Source: Vicugna vicugna
Taxonomy: Eukaryota
Direction of reading: 5' to 3'
DNA length: 64,000 bases
NCBI GenBank assembly: GCA_013265495.1
Contig: MU058065.1
Span: 684,001-748,000 of the forward strand
The notes beneath the pieces are model-generated. The model saw only the letters and a program-made list of their open reading frames with translations, was not told the origin of the DNA and searched no databases. Positions 38,791-51,177 of this stretch are shown piece after piece. Made by a program: the position numbers and the translations under genes. The first letter of the stretch is position 1. The number at the start of each line of letters is the position of its first letter.

Positions 38791-41700
38791 TTCATTCTTT
38801 TGGCCACACTGATTAAATTAAGACATAAAGGGTGACCTTCTCTCTGGGGAGAGGCCCTGTTAGTGGGAGAATTATATAACAAGTCCTAAGTGAAACCTGA
38901 AACTATTAACTGCTCAGTGAGCTTTAGTCTTTTGTCTAATGGTAGTTCACACACTCATCTCTGTTCATTCTTTTTCTTTCTCCTTTGTTTTAATTTTCCC
39001 CTGAAATAACTGCATTCTCAGGGCTTTTTTTTAATAGGATTTTCTTCTACTGTGGTATTTTTGATGCCCTGTCTCTTCCACGTACTTGACTACCCACTGC
39101 TTTGCTTCTGTTATGGCCCTAGGTTTCAGGCTGTTGAGTCACAACTTAACTTCTCTTGGAAACAATAATATGCTGATTCATTGATCCTTACTCCTTTTAT
39201 CTACTGAGCTCTGCCTGAGATCAGCCCACCTTCTACCATGTATTTTCACCATCATATTCCATGTCTCCTCTTTGTGTTTCTGATTTCTTTATGAACTGAT
39301 GCACAACATAGGTGCCCTGGCCTCTGTGTGAGCCTTCACGTTTAAGGGCTGGAATCTTGTGACAAAGACTATGTGGGTAGGTGCTGGAGTTTGAGCCCAC
39401 TGATGACTGTGCTGGGATAAAGGTCGTACCTGTGCTGGCCAGAGACAGGAAGAGCTGATGGATCCAAAAGCAGGATGCTCAGATTCTGTCAGGAATCAGG
39501 CAGATCTGGAACAGAGAGCAAACAGGACCTTGAGGATTTTTAGTGAGTATGTGTGCATTGGTAGTGGTAAAGAAAAAAAACAATAAAAAATTTAGATGAG
39601 GATAACTACAACAAAAAAGCATAAATAGATGCTGAGTGGCTTCCCAGGAGAGCTGGAACTTATGTAGCTCTTCTTATTTGTTGATGGTTCAGACCTGCTT
39701 AAAGCTAAGTGTTGGGATCAACAGCCTCATTCCTGCTGCTGTATTTTCCCATCTCTTTCTTCTTTTGTTGGACTCAGGCACACTGCTCATCATTTGGATA
39801 AAACATCACATTCGCGTTATGAAGATCTTATCACGCATTCAGATGTTTCAAAGGAATACATCTCCTTGGCAGATCCAGAAGAAAAAATTGTGTCTCCTCT
39901 AATCTAGATTTTCTGTGGCTAATTGTAACATAGATAGCTCCATGGTTTCTGGAAGAGTATGCTGTTACCTTTCTGATCAAACCTGAATTTTCATGGAAAG
40001 CATTATTACAGCATTGTCATTCATTATTCCTTCTTGCTGATTCTTTTCCTTTCAAATTGCTTTTTGGCTGATACAGTGTACCACTTGGACAACTGCCTGG
40101 AAATCTCTCTCCTTCATGCAGTGAGCATCCATTGAAGGGTTTCAAAGAATGAACTGCCATGAAATTGCACTTTGTCATAAGTGGACACAATTCTGTAAGA
40201 TGGTTCATGCCTTACTTGTTCACTCTGTCCCCATATCTTAATTCTCACGTCAAGTAGGAAGGAAAAAGGCAGATATGCTAGGAAGAACTTGAAGTCTCAA
40301 TGGTAGGAAACAGGTGGAAATGGAAATCATGATGGTTTCTCAGACTTTATCAGCTCCTTTATCAGAAAGTATAAGAAATGTTCAGAAACTGGATGACTCA
40401 CCCATTTTCCTTGTAAATGAGTCAATAAACTTGTCAAGTACATCAAATGAGTGATCAATTACCTGCACCTCATTGACTAAAAGCATTCAGGAAAAAGGCA
40501 GACAACTTTTTCCTCCAAGCACACTCTTCTCTAGCCTACTTTTCTTTAGGAAAGCATTCTTAATAATTCAGCAGCCTGAGCATGACATTAACCAAAATAT
40601 TTGGGGCCTCACTGGATGAGGCCATGAGGTTTACGTGTCAGAAAGGATAAGGTTGGGGGGGGCCGCTGTCTGCCACCTTTTATATCCGAACAAAAGCCAC
40701 ATTCTTGGTGGTCACAGGTCTGCCTAGGCCTAAAGGTATTGAGTGGGAAGTTGAGGATTGCAGTTTATATAGAGTGTCCACATATTTCCATTTTTGTGAG
40801 GTCACAGTTACAATAGGATAATATTTATGTGTTCTGATGGCATAGATCATTTATCCTGTAAATACTTTTTTAATAATCTAAAAAAATACTCATTGAAAAT
40901 ATAAGTTCCTTTTTATGTAGTTTAGAGAATGGAAAAATTTACTGTTATTAACAATCATCAATCATTATTATTATTAGAAACAGTCAAACTTCATGGGAAA
41001 CACAAGTGTTGTGACTTTGTAACTACCTCCAAGTAACTAATAAATCATATATTTTAAACTCAAATAATTTGAGCTCAGTTACTTCCAAACTCCCCTAAAT
41101 TAAGATTTTATTTAGTCGAATTCTTTGATTTTGTTGACTGTCAAATATCAGCTTGCTATTCAACATAGATTGAGAAGGCTTTTTAAATTAAATTGATTAA
41201 TTCAAAAGATATGTTAAAAAAATTGATTATATAATGATTGGTAAAGACCATTAGGTGAAGGAACTAACAACTCTATTTCTGAATAGTATATTTTTTAATT
41301 TACTTCAACTCCACAGTATTCCTGACTGATAATAACTTAAGAACAACATAATTGACGTTTACAGATCTGATCACATTTTTAATGAATAATTCCACGTAAG
41401 AAAAATTCTCACAGATAGTATGTCACTGATACTTTTGAATATTTTCAATTAGTAGAAGACATTCTGTTCCTTCTACTTCTTCTTCATTTTCTTCTTCTTC
41501 TTCTTCTTACCGTTATTACTATCATTAGTTATTATAATCTAATTATTTTATGTTGTACATGCCAAATAATTAAACTTCTTAGTAATCGTGTTTCTTATAA
41601 TACACCTCAAAAGTTTTAATGACTGCAATGTCCCTATATATTTTTCCTAACCTTTCCTAAGTGCATAATTTTCTCAGCTAATTGAATGAAATGATTGCTC

Positions 41701-43392
41701 GGAATTATTTCCTTTGAGTTATAAGTTAGATAAAAGTGGCCCGATAAAATTTTCATGAACTCTTCTTTCATTTTGAAAAGGCTGTTCGCTGTTTTGTGTC
41801 ATTTTAGACGCTGTGATTATATACAAACTCTTCGGGTTTGGAATTTTCGCCTTTACTGAATGTATTTGATGGGGACCTCCACGGGTAATTTGGCTTTTTA
41901 TTTGCTTGTTGTGTCAGTTATTTTTCCATACAAGTCCCGAGCAGTGCCAGTGACGTCCTTTCACAAAGAAAACTGTCAGCAGTCAAGGTGGACTGTGTGC
42001 ATCCCTCCCTCTCCCTGCTTTTCTGCCCCCTGCGCTGGCCCCCACACCTTGGACTCTGGGAAGGGGTCAGAAGGCTGCACATTACTGTGTTTAATTTATT
42101 CCAGTCCACCTAGTCAGTTGAAATATTTCCTTAAGGAAGTTTTCCTTCAGTTGATGCCCCGAAGGGTTAAGAAAACAGAAACCCATAGTATTAAAGACTA
42201 GTTACCGATGTTTCCAAGGAAACCATACCAGGAATGTTTAAGTGTCTTGTTTCTCCCCAAACCCACAGGAGTGGAGCTTGTTTGAGGTTTTGATGTCCTC
42301 TTAATCCTTGCCATAGCTGCTCTGTGGTAGGTTTTCCAGCAGAGCTGGAGTCCCACGGTTGCCAAAAGTGCTGGTTCACAAGCCCACCGGTCATTAGCTG
42401 AGTTCAGTTTTGTGTCTTTCTTCTGAGGACGTTATGGGCAATTCAACATCAAATAGAGGGCAATTTTTTTTAAGTTTCTTTAATTTTTTAAAAATGCCTA
42501 ATATGCATCATTTTTTTCCCAACATGCACATTAGCAGACCATCTGAATCTTTCATCAAAAATTAATAATACATGAATTTGAGTTGCAGAGACCATTAGGA
42601 GACTGACTGAATGCATGTGATAGATCAGACCGTGCTGTTTTATGAGGTGTTTTAAGGGGCATGGGAGATGGGAGGGACTTACAGTTCTGTGATTTCTTCT
42701 GCTTTAAGTGGCTATAAACAATTTTTAAGGTCACTACTTTTTTTTTGAAATTTTATATATCCAAGTAAAAATGAATTCATGAAGAATCTGAAAACAATAC
42801 CCCACATAGTAATTTGATTGAATTTGACTTAAAGTTTTTCATAATAGATTCTACCAGATAGTTAATACACCCTTTCAAAATGTTTACTCAAATGACACAA
42901 AACCAAAGGAAACTTGTATCATTTTCATTCAAAGTGTATAGGGACAGAAAAATCTCTCCCTCTCTCTCACTCTGGATCCCTCCTTCTCTCAGAAAGCATT
43001 CTAGCATGCATATGTATGTGACAGTTATTTTTATATCTATTCAAAACATTTAAGATTATCCAAATATACACAGGCAAGTGAATACTTGCATTTTTATTTG
43101 GATATCAAAATCAATGAACCAAATCATATCACACACATATTGCTATCATTATTAAACATTTGAAAAGATAGTAAGACAAATTTAAAATAACATTTAACCA
43201 TGTCTATTCTGAGAAAGAAATATGATAATATTTATTTGTATATTTGTAGCAACAATTATATATTTTATCCTGTTGTATTTCAATATCATTTATTCTATAT
43301 TGTATATTATATAACATGTATATGCATGTATATAATATGTAAGATGCATTTAAAATACATAAAGGCACAATTACTTTTTTCCCATTTAATTT

Positions 43393-43658
43393 TTTATTTT
43401 ATTTATTTACTTTTTATTGAAGTATAGTTGATTTACAATGCTGTGTTAGTTTCTGGTGTACAGCATAGTGATTCAGTATACATATATATATTCTTTTTCA
43501 TTTTTTTCATTATAGGTTATTACAAGTTATTGAATATAGTTCCCTCTGCTATACAATAGGACCTTGTTGTTTATATTCTGTGTATAGTATATTTTGTATA
43601 TAGTAGTTTGTATATAATCTGCTAATCCCAAACTCTCAGTTTATCCTTTTTTCTCCTT
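43393..43658 (-). mobile_element. Short 5'-truncated LINE-1 3' end
   Basis: ttttattgaagtatagttgatttacaatg...; 11-bp TSD ccatttaattt at 43382-43392 and 43659-43669. Confidence 0.93.
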
Positions 43659-44427
43659 CCATTTAATTTCTATCTAATACAGTTGGTTTATCACTTGCCA
43701 TATTCTTTGACTTAAGGTCTGATAAAAATTGCTGAAGAAACACCAAAGTGTTGAATTTAACCAAGTGTTTGATGTGGATTTATCTAAATCACTGTAGCTG
43801 ATATGATGATACTGGTATCTTTTGCGTAAATGTTGGTGGCCTCCAGTAATAAGAGGTGGTAAGCACTTTAGGAATCTCTTTTATTCTTTATATATAATCT
43901 GTTCCTAACGTGTCTTAGACAGACAATTTTCAGATGGCTACAGCTAAAATATCCATTAGTTTTAATTCAAAAAATAATAATTTGTCCTTAGCCCAGTTAG
44001 AACTTCTGGCAGATTTCACTAAACATTCAAACACGTATACAAACCATACAGTAAAAATATCTACTTAAGTGATCAACTTTCCTATTATTTGACACAGTGA
44101 ACTCAGTGCAGAAGTTTGTATGCAGTACGCAGTGAGAGCGGGCAGCACGTGATACTAATTGTACTTCCTCCGCACAGCAAGGTTTGGACCAAGTGTAAAT
44201 AAGCAATGAAAGAAGATGCATGACCTGTACATCCAATGCAAATAACGCTGAACACACTGAAATAAACAATATTAAGCAGGTCCTTAATATTTCCTTTTCC
44301 CTTTTCTTAAACAATTTTCATGCAGGTTGAAATGAGGCAAATTGGCCCCAAACTAAAAGCCAAGGGTCATCACATCTTTCCTTTTCCTACTTTTTATGAA
44401 ATCACTGAAATAAGGTGCAAAGGTTTA

Positions 44428-44910
44428 TGTCTCCTGGTTTGGATTCTCCAGAAAGCAAACCCTGAGACAAGGACCTGCGGGAAGGTAGTTCGTCTGGGAG
44501 CTGATCCCAGGAGGTGGCGGTGGGGAAGCAGGGAAAATGAGAGAAGGAAGGAAGCCAATGTAAGGATGCGCTCTGGAGGGGACTGCTGCGGGCAAAATGA
44601 TGTAATTCTCTGGAGAAGTTTGCAAGAATTGTCTGCAGAAAAATGAGAAACAAGAGACTTCCTCCCCGACCTGTCAGGCTTCCTTGGTGGAGGATGGGCT
44701 GTCCCAGAGCTGTTTACTCCTCTGCACTTCAGGGCTGCAGGTCTGCAGTGGGCCAGTGGGTTCTTGCAGCTTCCAAGAAACTCCCTGGCAGAAAACCAGT
44801 ACGGTAATGCTGTGAGAGGCTGTGAGCACAAGTGTCTGAAATCAGCCCATGTCTGGGCTGGGTCAGCTGCTAAGAGTACAGAGACAGAGCATCTGAAGCG
44901 TTGGCTGCAA
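44428..44910 (-). mobile_element. Old ERVL-type LTR (LTR16/LTR33-like)
   Basis: 'ggattctccagaaagcaaaccctgagacaagga...gtagttcgtctgggagctgatcccagga' resembles this LTR group; right boundary approximate. Confidence 0.65.
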
Positions 44911-44976
44911 CCGCATTCTGCCAGGGTTGACATTCAAAACATGCTGCTCTACAGACATTCATAACTCTCTCTCCTA

Positions 44977-45115
44977 GGGGGGGAACATATAGCTCAAGTG
45001 GTAGGGTGCACGCTTAGCATGCATGAGGTCCCGGGTTCAATCCCCAATACCTCCTCCAAAAAATTAATAATTAACTCCCCCTCTAAGAAAACAGATAAAC
45101 AAGCAAAAAACCAAA
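44977..45115 (+). mobile_element. tRNA-derived SINE (camelid Vic-1-like)
   Basis: tagctcaagtggtag...gcttagcatgcatgaggtcccgggttcaatcccc; A-rich tail; 17-bp TSD with 14/17 identity at 44960-44976 and 45116-45132. Confidence 0.9.
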
Positions 45116-45681
45116 CATAACTGTCTCATCTAACGGGTGACTTTGAGTTCAGCTGACTTTTGTGAGCACAAGCATTCTAGTAACACCAAGATCTAAGGTT
45201 TTGTAAAGCTTTCGATTGCTGGTTAGAAAAAAATAAAAAGGTACGGGAGGGGAAGTCTGCTCTACCTTGAATTTATGGAAAAGCTTGGACCGTTCAGTTT
45301 CTAAAATGGTTTCATTTCACCAATATTTCCTTTAACGACAATGAATTAAGAAACAATTGGGACACATATATGATTTTTGCCTCATTATTTAATGTCTAGT
45401 AAATTTGACTTGACTAAATCCATTAAAGAGAAACTTACATACTTTAAGCTCACAATAATTTTTACAGTCTTATATTTTTAATCACCTTTTGAAATTGAAG
45501 AATTTAACACAAAATCCCCCGGCTTGTGATATCTAGATAGCTAGGTTGAAAAATGAATCTTTTATTGAAAAGGAGATCATTTTCTCCGTGAGCCCTTGCC
45601 ATTGGGCTGTGTTTCAAGAATTTTCCTTTCCCTGGGTCCATATTTCTGAAAGATTCCTTAGACTATGGCTTTTTCTTACTA

Positions 45682-45922
45682 CAAATATCCCCTACTTTTT
45701 GAAACTTTGCTTTGTGCCACTTCATTTTTACAGAAGATCTACATCAGTACTTGTTTTTGCCAACTGAAAGAAAGCCGAGGAGGATTTTCACTTTTACAAA
45801 AAAAAAAAGGCAAAAATTGAAAATAGCATGCAGCATCTGTAATTGCTTCCTCTACTTAAGCCATTTCTGTTTAGGAAACTTTCCATAGGAGCACTCTACT
45901 TTCGGACAGCGGGGGAAATTCA
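45682..45922. mobile_element. Internally deleted TcMar-Tigger-type MITE
   Basis: ta-caaatatcccctacttt...gaggattttcacttttac...ctctactttcggacagcggggga; ends are imperfect inverted repeats. Confidence 0.6.
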
Positions 45923-45985
45923 TGTTCCAGGGTTGAACTTTTCTCTAGAATACAAAGTGCTATTTAAAAAAAAAAAAAAAAGGTG

Positions 45986-46462
45986 CAGACATCCTTGGGA
46001 GATAGCATAAGTTCAGTCCCAGACCAGCACCCGTAAAGCGAATATTACAGAAAGGGAGCCACATGAATTTTTCGGTTTCCCAATGCATATAAAATTAATA
46101 TTTACACTACACTGTAGCCTATAAAGCATGCAATAGCATTATGTCTAAAAAAAAGTACATACCTTAATTAAAAAATAATTTACAGCTAAAAAAATTTCCA
46201 TCATCTGACCCTTCAGCAAGTCATAGTAGTAATATCAAAGATCATGATTGCAGCTCACCGTAATAAATATAATAATGATGAAAAAGTTTGAAATGGGAGA
46301 ATTATCAAAATGTGACACAAGGACGCAAAGTCAGCAAGTAGTATTGGAAAAACAGCACCAACAGACTTGCTTGATGCAGGGGTGCTACAAACCTTCAATT
46401 TGTGAAAAACCACAGCATCTTTGAAGAACAAAAACCAAAGCACTTAACACATGGTATGCCTG
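45986..46462 (-). mobile_element. Tigger1 internal-deletion derivative (Tigger1a-like MITE)
   Basis: Both halves align by eye with the two ends of the long Tigger1 at 60390-62757; ends in ggtatgcctg-ta. Confidence 0.9.
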
Positions 46463-46472
46463 TATTGGTTTT

Positions 46473-46799
46473 TTTAATATATATATTGAAGTATAGCTGT
46501 TGCAATGTATTATATGAGTTACAGGTGTACAGTAAAGTGATTCACAAATTTTAAACGTTATGCTCCATTTATAGTTGTTATAAAATATTGGCCATATTCC
46601 CTGTGTTGTACAATATATCCTTGTAGCTTATTTTACACTTAATAGTTTGTGCCTCTTAAACCCCTACCCTAGATGAGAAATCAACTAAAAGAAAAAACTG
46701 CAAAAAACACAAACACATAGCAGCTAAAGAATATGTAGTAAACAGCTAATGGATCCCTGAAGCAATCAAAGAGGAAATCAAAAAATACCTAGAGACAAA
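46473..46799 (-). mobile_element. Short LINE-1 insertion with 5' inversion
   Basis: 46473-46670 is an antisense L1 3' end; 46671-46799 is a sense ORF2 piece; 12-bp TSD tgtattggtttt at 46461-46472 and 46800-46811. Confidence 0.9.
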
Positions 46800-49299
46800 T
46801 GTATTGGTTTTAAAACATTTTAATTTATATAATATTTAGTTTCAAACACAAACTTATACTGTCATCCTCTTTTTTTTGGTTATTTCTACCCAAACTACAT
46901 TTAATCAAAATATCAAACATTAAATCATGAAATATATCAGGCTTTTTAATACAGATAGGTAGACAGATAGATACAAAATATATCTTATATAAAACATAAA
47001 ATATTTATTAACATATATCTTGTTTATGTATTATATACATTAAATGCAAAATAATACATAGATTTTTAATACACATTTTCAATACATTTTAAAACATTGA
47101 CGATACTACAAGCATTATTCACGTTTAAGATGACAAATCCTCGTATTGGTGAAACAGGGAATTTCCTTACAGTTTAAGACATGGCTGATAATAGTTCTAG
47201 TCACTTATATCTCAGTATTTAAGATCCTAAATTTATGATACAGTTGTTCTGTTTCTCCCTCCCTCTAGTCTTACATAGTCAGGTTCAATCTGGAGATATT
47301 TATTGTAATTTATTTTAGTTACAGCACATGAAGCAAATGTTGGAAAGTGAAGTAATTTCACTAGAACAGACTTTTGCTATGAAGAAAACTTCGGTGCACG
47401 TAATTCACCATTGGTCGTTACGTCTAGGAGTCACCAGCTCAGGATTCAGAGATGGAGTGACAATGGGCTGTGAGTGTCACATTGTCTGTCTGCTTGCCAG
47501 CCTCAAACGAAGGCACAAAACATAAAACCAGGTGAAGCTTTTCTACAAAGATGGTTTTAAACTTATATAAAGAATAGTGGGGTTTATTTCTTCTCATTTT
47601 CCCAGTTGCCAAGTTGTTTGTTTGGTTTTTTTAATGATAGCTTTAATTTTCCCAAAGTGCTTTGGTGGAGAGATTGAAGGCAGCCATCAACTCTGAGGAG
47701 TGAGGGTTTGGTCTTAAGCTTTTGGGAACTTTTTACAGGAACCAGGGAAGACACTTTCTCTCTGTGTTTCGTGCCCTTCCCGCCCCCCACCCCACACTAC
47801 AACCATCACAAAGTTTCTTAATGAGGCTTTGGTGTCTGATATGGGCAGTTAAGGATTCTGTTTTACTTGTATAAGCCTCATCTGCACAGTGACACCAAAT
47901 TCCCATTTGGCCAGGATGCGGTTTTTCATAGACAACTTAAGGCGTGATCTCCCAGGAGCCATAAAGAAAATCTATAATTAACCTTCTAGCACAAAGTCTA
48001 TGATTTATCTACCCGAGCTCAATGAAAACATCTGTAAGGGTAGTGAGAAGAATTGATTATGTCATAGAGGAGAGTATATGTAATAAAAATAATTTTACAG
48101 TTGAATTCACATAGAATAGCAGTTCCTGGAACCACAGTTCCTGGTATCATGGATTGAGGAAAGTAGTTGTCCATCCATCAAAGAAGACTTTTAAGACGTT
48201 GTTACGTATGCCAGGGTCACAGTCCTCCTTTGACCCATGCTGTAATCATATCTATTGCTTTGTGTGTCATGTAAAATGCTATCGAACTTTATTTACAAGA
48301 CAGTACAGCATCTGTTATTCTGTTGAAATTTTAGCTGTTTTATCCAAATAAGTAAAATTCTGACACTCTTGAGACTCTTAAGAATTTTAATATGGATTTA
48401 TATAATTGTTTCCTGCTTTTAAATGTCATATAAAAGCAGGTCAGCCTTCTAGTGAATTGTAAAATTTTATAACGTCTAATAGAAGAGAGTTGAACCCTTC
48501 TGGACACAAACAGTACTGATCGTCTAAAATATGAAGACATAAATTTGAAGAGTTATGGTGGTCTATATTTTGAGTCAGCTACATGCAGCGCCTTTAAATG
48601 TAGCCCTTTCTTAAAATAATCAGACTTTTTTATACCACAAGTTATGGTGCTGCCAACCAGAAGCTTAGTGAACATATCTTACAAGGAAATCTATTGTATT
48701 AGATATCCAAAATAAACATTCTTAGAAATATTTTCAAGCTGGGGGTCTTTCCGCAAAACAAATGTTTGATTCTCTGTGTTTTGTTCTCATAGCTAGTGGC
48801 TTTCTTCTCAACCCAAAACAACTCAAACTAACTGGAAACTTCATTCCCTGTCTGTTACCCTGGACTTCCCAAACCAGCAAATCCTACTATAAATCAACCC
48901 CACACTGTGGCCATGGTGCCAGCCGTGCCCAGATGGGAGTTCTGCTGCCTTGGTCTACTGGGGGACTCTTCAAATGCGAAAGTCAAATGCAGATGAATTA
49001 TAAGGCACAGGGATAAATGATACCATTCTTACAGCTTTTGACTCCTCAGCTAAACAACGGTCTTAGAGTTGGTGAGATTGGGCATATCATTCAATATTAC
49101 TAAATGTATTATGTTTGGTTGATTGTTAAGAGAGTTGTAGATAGAAAGTAATCGAGGTATTAAAATTCAGAATGATGCAAGTTAACAGATCTTAGCAAGT
49201 ACCTTACATATGAAGCTGTATGTAGTTCATAGCTTACACAGATACAGCACATCACCTTCTGTTTCAATATTTATTTAGCCACCCTTCCAGCAAAGATTT

Positions 49300-50115
49300 A
49301 CTAAATATTTATTGAATAACTACTATGTGCCTGGCACTGCTCTAAGTGCTGAGGATATAAAATGTATATATTTATATATTTGGATGTCAGTGGCAAATTT
49401 TCACTTCTCAAGGAAATTTACCTTCTGGTAAATCTAGACAGACAATCACCACATGAGCAAACCACCAGGTATGTGTAGTGATACGTGCAATGACAAAAAT
49501 AGTAGGGTTATTATAAGAGTGAGCAACTTGGGTGATGTTAGGGAAATCTGTTCTGAAAATGTGACATCTGAAGGGAGACTTGAGTACTAAGAAGGTGCCA
49601 GTCAGATAAAAATCCAAGGGAAGAATTTTCTAGAAGAGCAAACATCAAATGCAAAGACCCAGAGGTAAGCAAATCCTTCCCACATTCCATAAAGAGGAGT
49701 TTGGCCAGAGAAGTTGGGACACAGGAACAAAGGTATGAGATGAAGTTGTCTATGTTGACAGAGCCCAGATGACACTGGGCCTTGCAAGGCACGGTCAGGG
49801 AATTTGATATGATTCCCATTGCATGAAAAACCTATGAAGATTTTTAGGCTGGGGGCAGGGAAGTGGAGAACCAAGATCTAACTGAAAATTTAAAAATATT
49901 ATCCTGGCTTTTGTTCACAGAGTGACTTATTAGGGAAGAAATAACTGGAGCAGGGAAGCCAGGGGAGATCAGGGATGCTGTACAGATGGAGAGAGACAGG
50001 CATATTGGAGCTATGCTGTGACTTGCTGAAACACGGCCTTGGAGAGAGAGGGAGAAAAGAAGACGTCGCATGGCTTCCTTGGCTCATGTTTGGTGGGACG
50101 ACTTATTAAGATGAA
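49300..50115 (-). mobile_element. L2 (L2a-like) 3' fragment
   Basis: 'aaatatttattgaataactactatgtgcctggcactgctctaagtgctgaggata' is the antisense L2 tail; purine-rich body follows. Confidence 0.85.
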
Positions 50116-50376
50116 GAATGTGCTTCCTCAGTGATCAGAGAACATTTTAAAAGCCATCTGAATACAGCAAAGCCAAGATCCTGGAGACTACTTGAAACAT
50201 GATATTTTTAAAAGTCTCCTTATAAGCACTTATTTAGTTATGTTTGTTTCCTTATTTAGGGAGGAGAGGGGAGAAGAGTGCTCTGGGAGGAAAAAATAAT
50301 AATAATAAAGAATGTCTTGAGGTAACAGTAGTTCCAATATGCATTTCAAGTTGCTTAAATAAAGCAAAATATACAG

Positions 50377-50490
50377 TGTGCTTTATATTAGTTTCCGAGG
50401 GCTACTATAATAAATCACAACAAACCTGGTGGCTTAAGACAACAGAGATGTATTCTCTCACAGTTCTGGAGGTCAGGAGTCAAGGTGATT
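50377..50490 (-). mobile_element. MLT1 LTR fragment
   Basis: 'tattagtttccgagggctactataataaatcacaacaaacctggtggcttaagacaacagagatgtattctctcacagttctggagg'. Confidence 0.8.
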
Positions 50491-50789
50491 CCCTTATAAT
50501 TCGTTTGCAGAGCAGATCCTGCCTTTATACTTTGGCTCTGCCCCAGGTGGAGAATACTGGGAAGGGCACCTCCTTGATCCTACAGACCACGTTTAAGCAT
50601 CTCTCTGACTTTCTCATGCAGAACTGCATTTACAGGTATACTCATGGGGCATCTCAGTTATTAAAAGGAGTGGCTCCTTAATTTACATGAAATGTATCTC
50701 ATCTTCCTCTTGGCAGCCCACTGAGAGATCAGGGATCTGAGGGGAGAATAAACCTGATTCCCTGGGATGGTATGTTCTGTGTGTTTGGT

Positions 50790-51177
50790 TAGGGTACAAG
50801 TGCCCAGTTAGTCAATCAAACACTAATCTAAGGGTTTTTGCTGTGGAAGTATTTTGTAGAGGTGATTAAGATCCATAATCAGTTGACTTAAGTGAGGAAG
50901 TTTATCCTACATAATCCAGTGGGCGTGATCCAAGTAGTTAGAAGGATTTCAGAGCAGAGCTGAGGCTTCCCTGAAGACATAGAAATTCTGCCTATGGCCA
51001 GGAGCTTCAATCTGTGCTTGAGAATTCCAGCCCATCCTTCTTGACAGCTGGTCCTACAGACTTCAGACCTGCCAAGGCAGCCCCAGTAATTGTGTGAGCC
51101 ATTTCCTTGCCGTAACTCTCTTAGTATACATAAAACCTACTGGTTCTGTTTCTCTGATTAAACCATGACTTAAGCAT
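50790..51177 (+). mobile_element. MLT2 (ERVL) LTR, MLT2D-like
   Basis: 'caaacactaatcta...gtattttgtagaggtgattaa...ataatcagttgact...cctactggttctgtttctctg'. Confidence 0.8.

Noticed and set aside
44394..44933. 179-aa minus-strand ORF, the longest in the window
   Set aside because: Lies almost entirely in an old LTR; no recognisable domain
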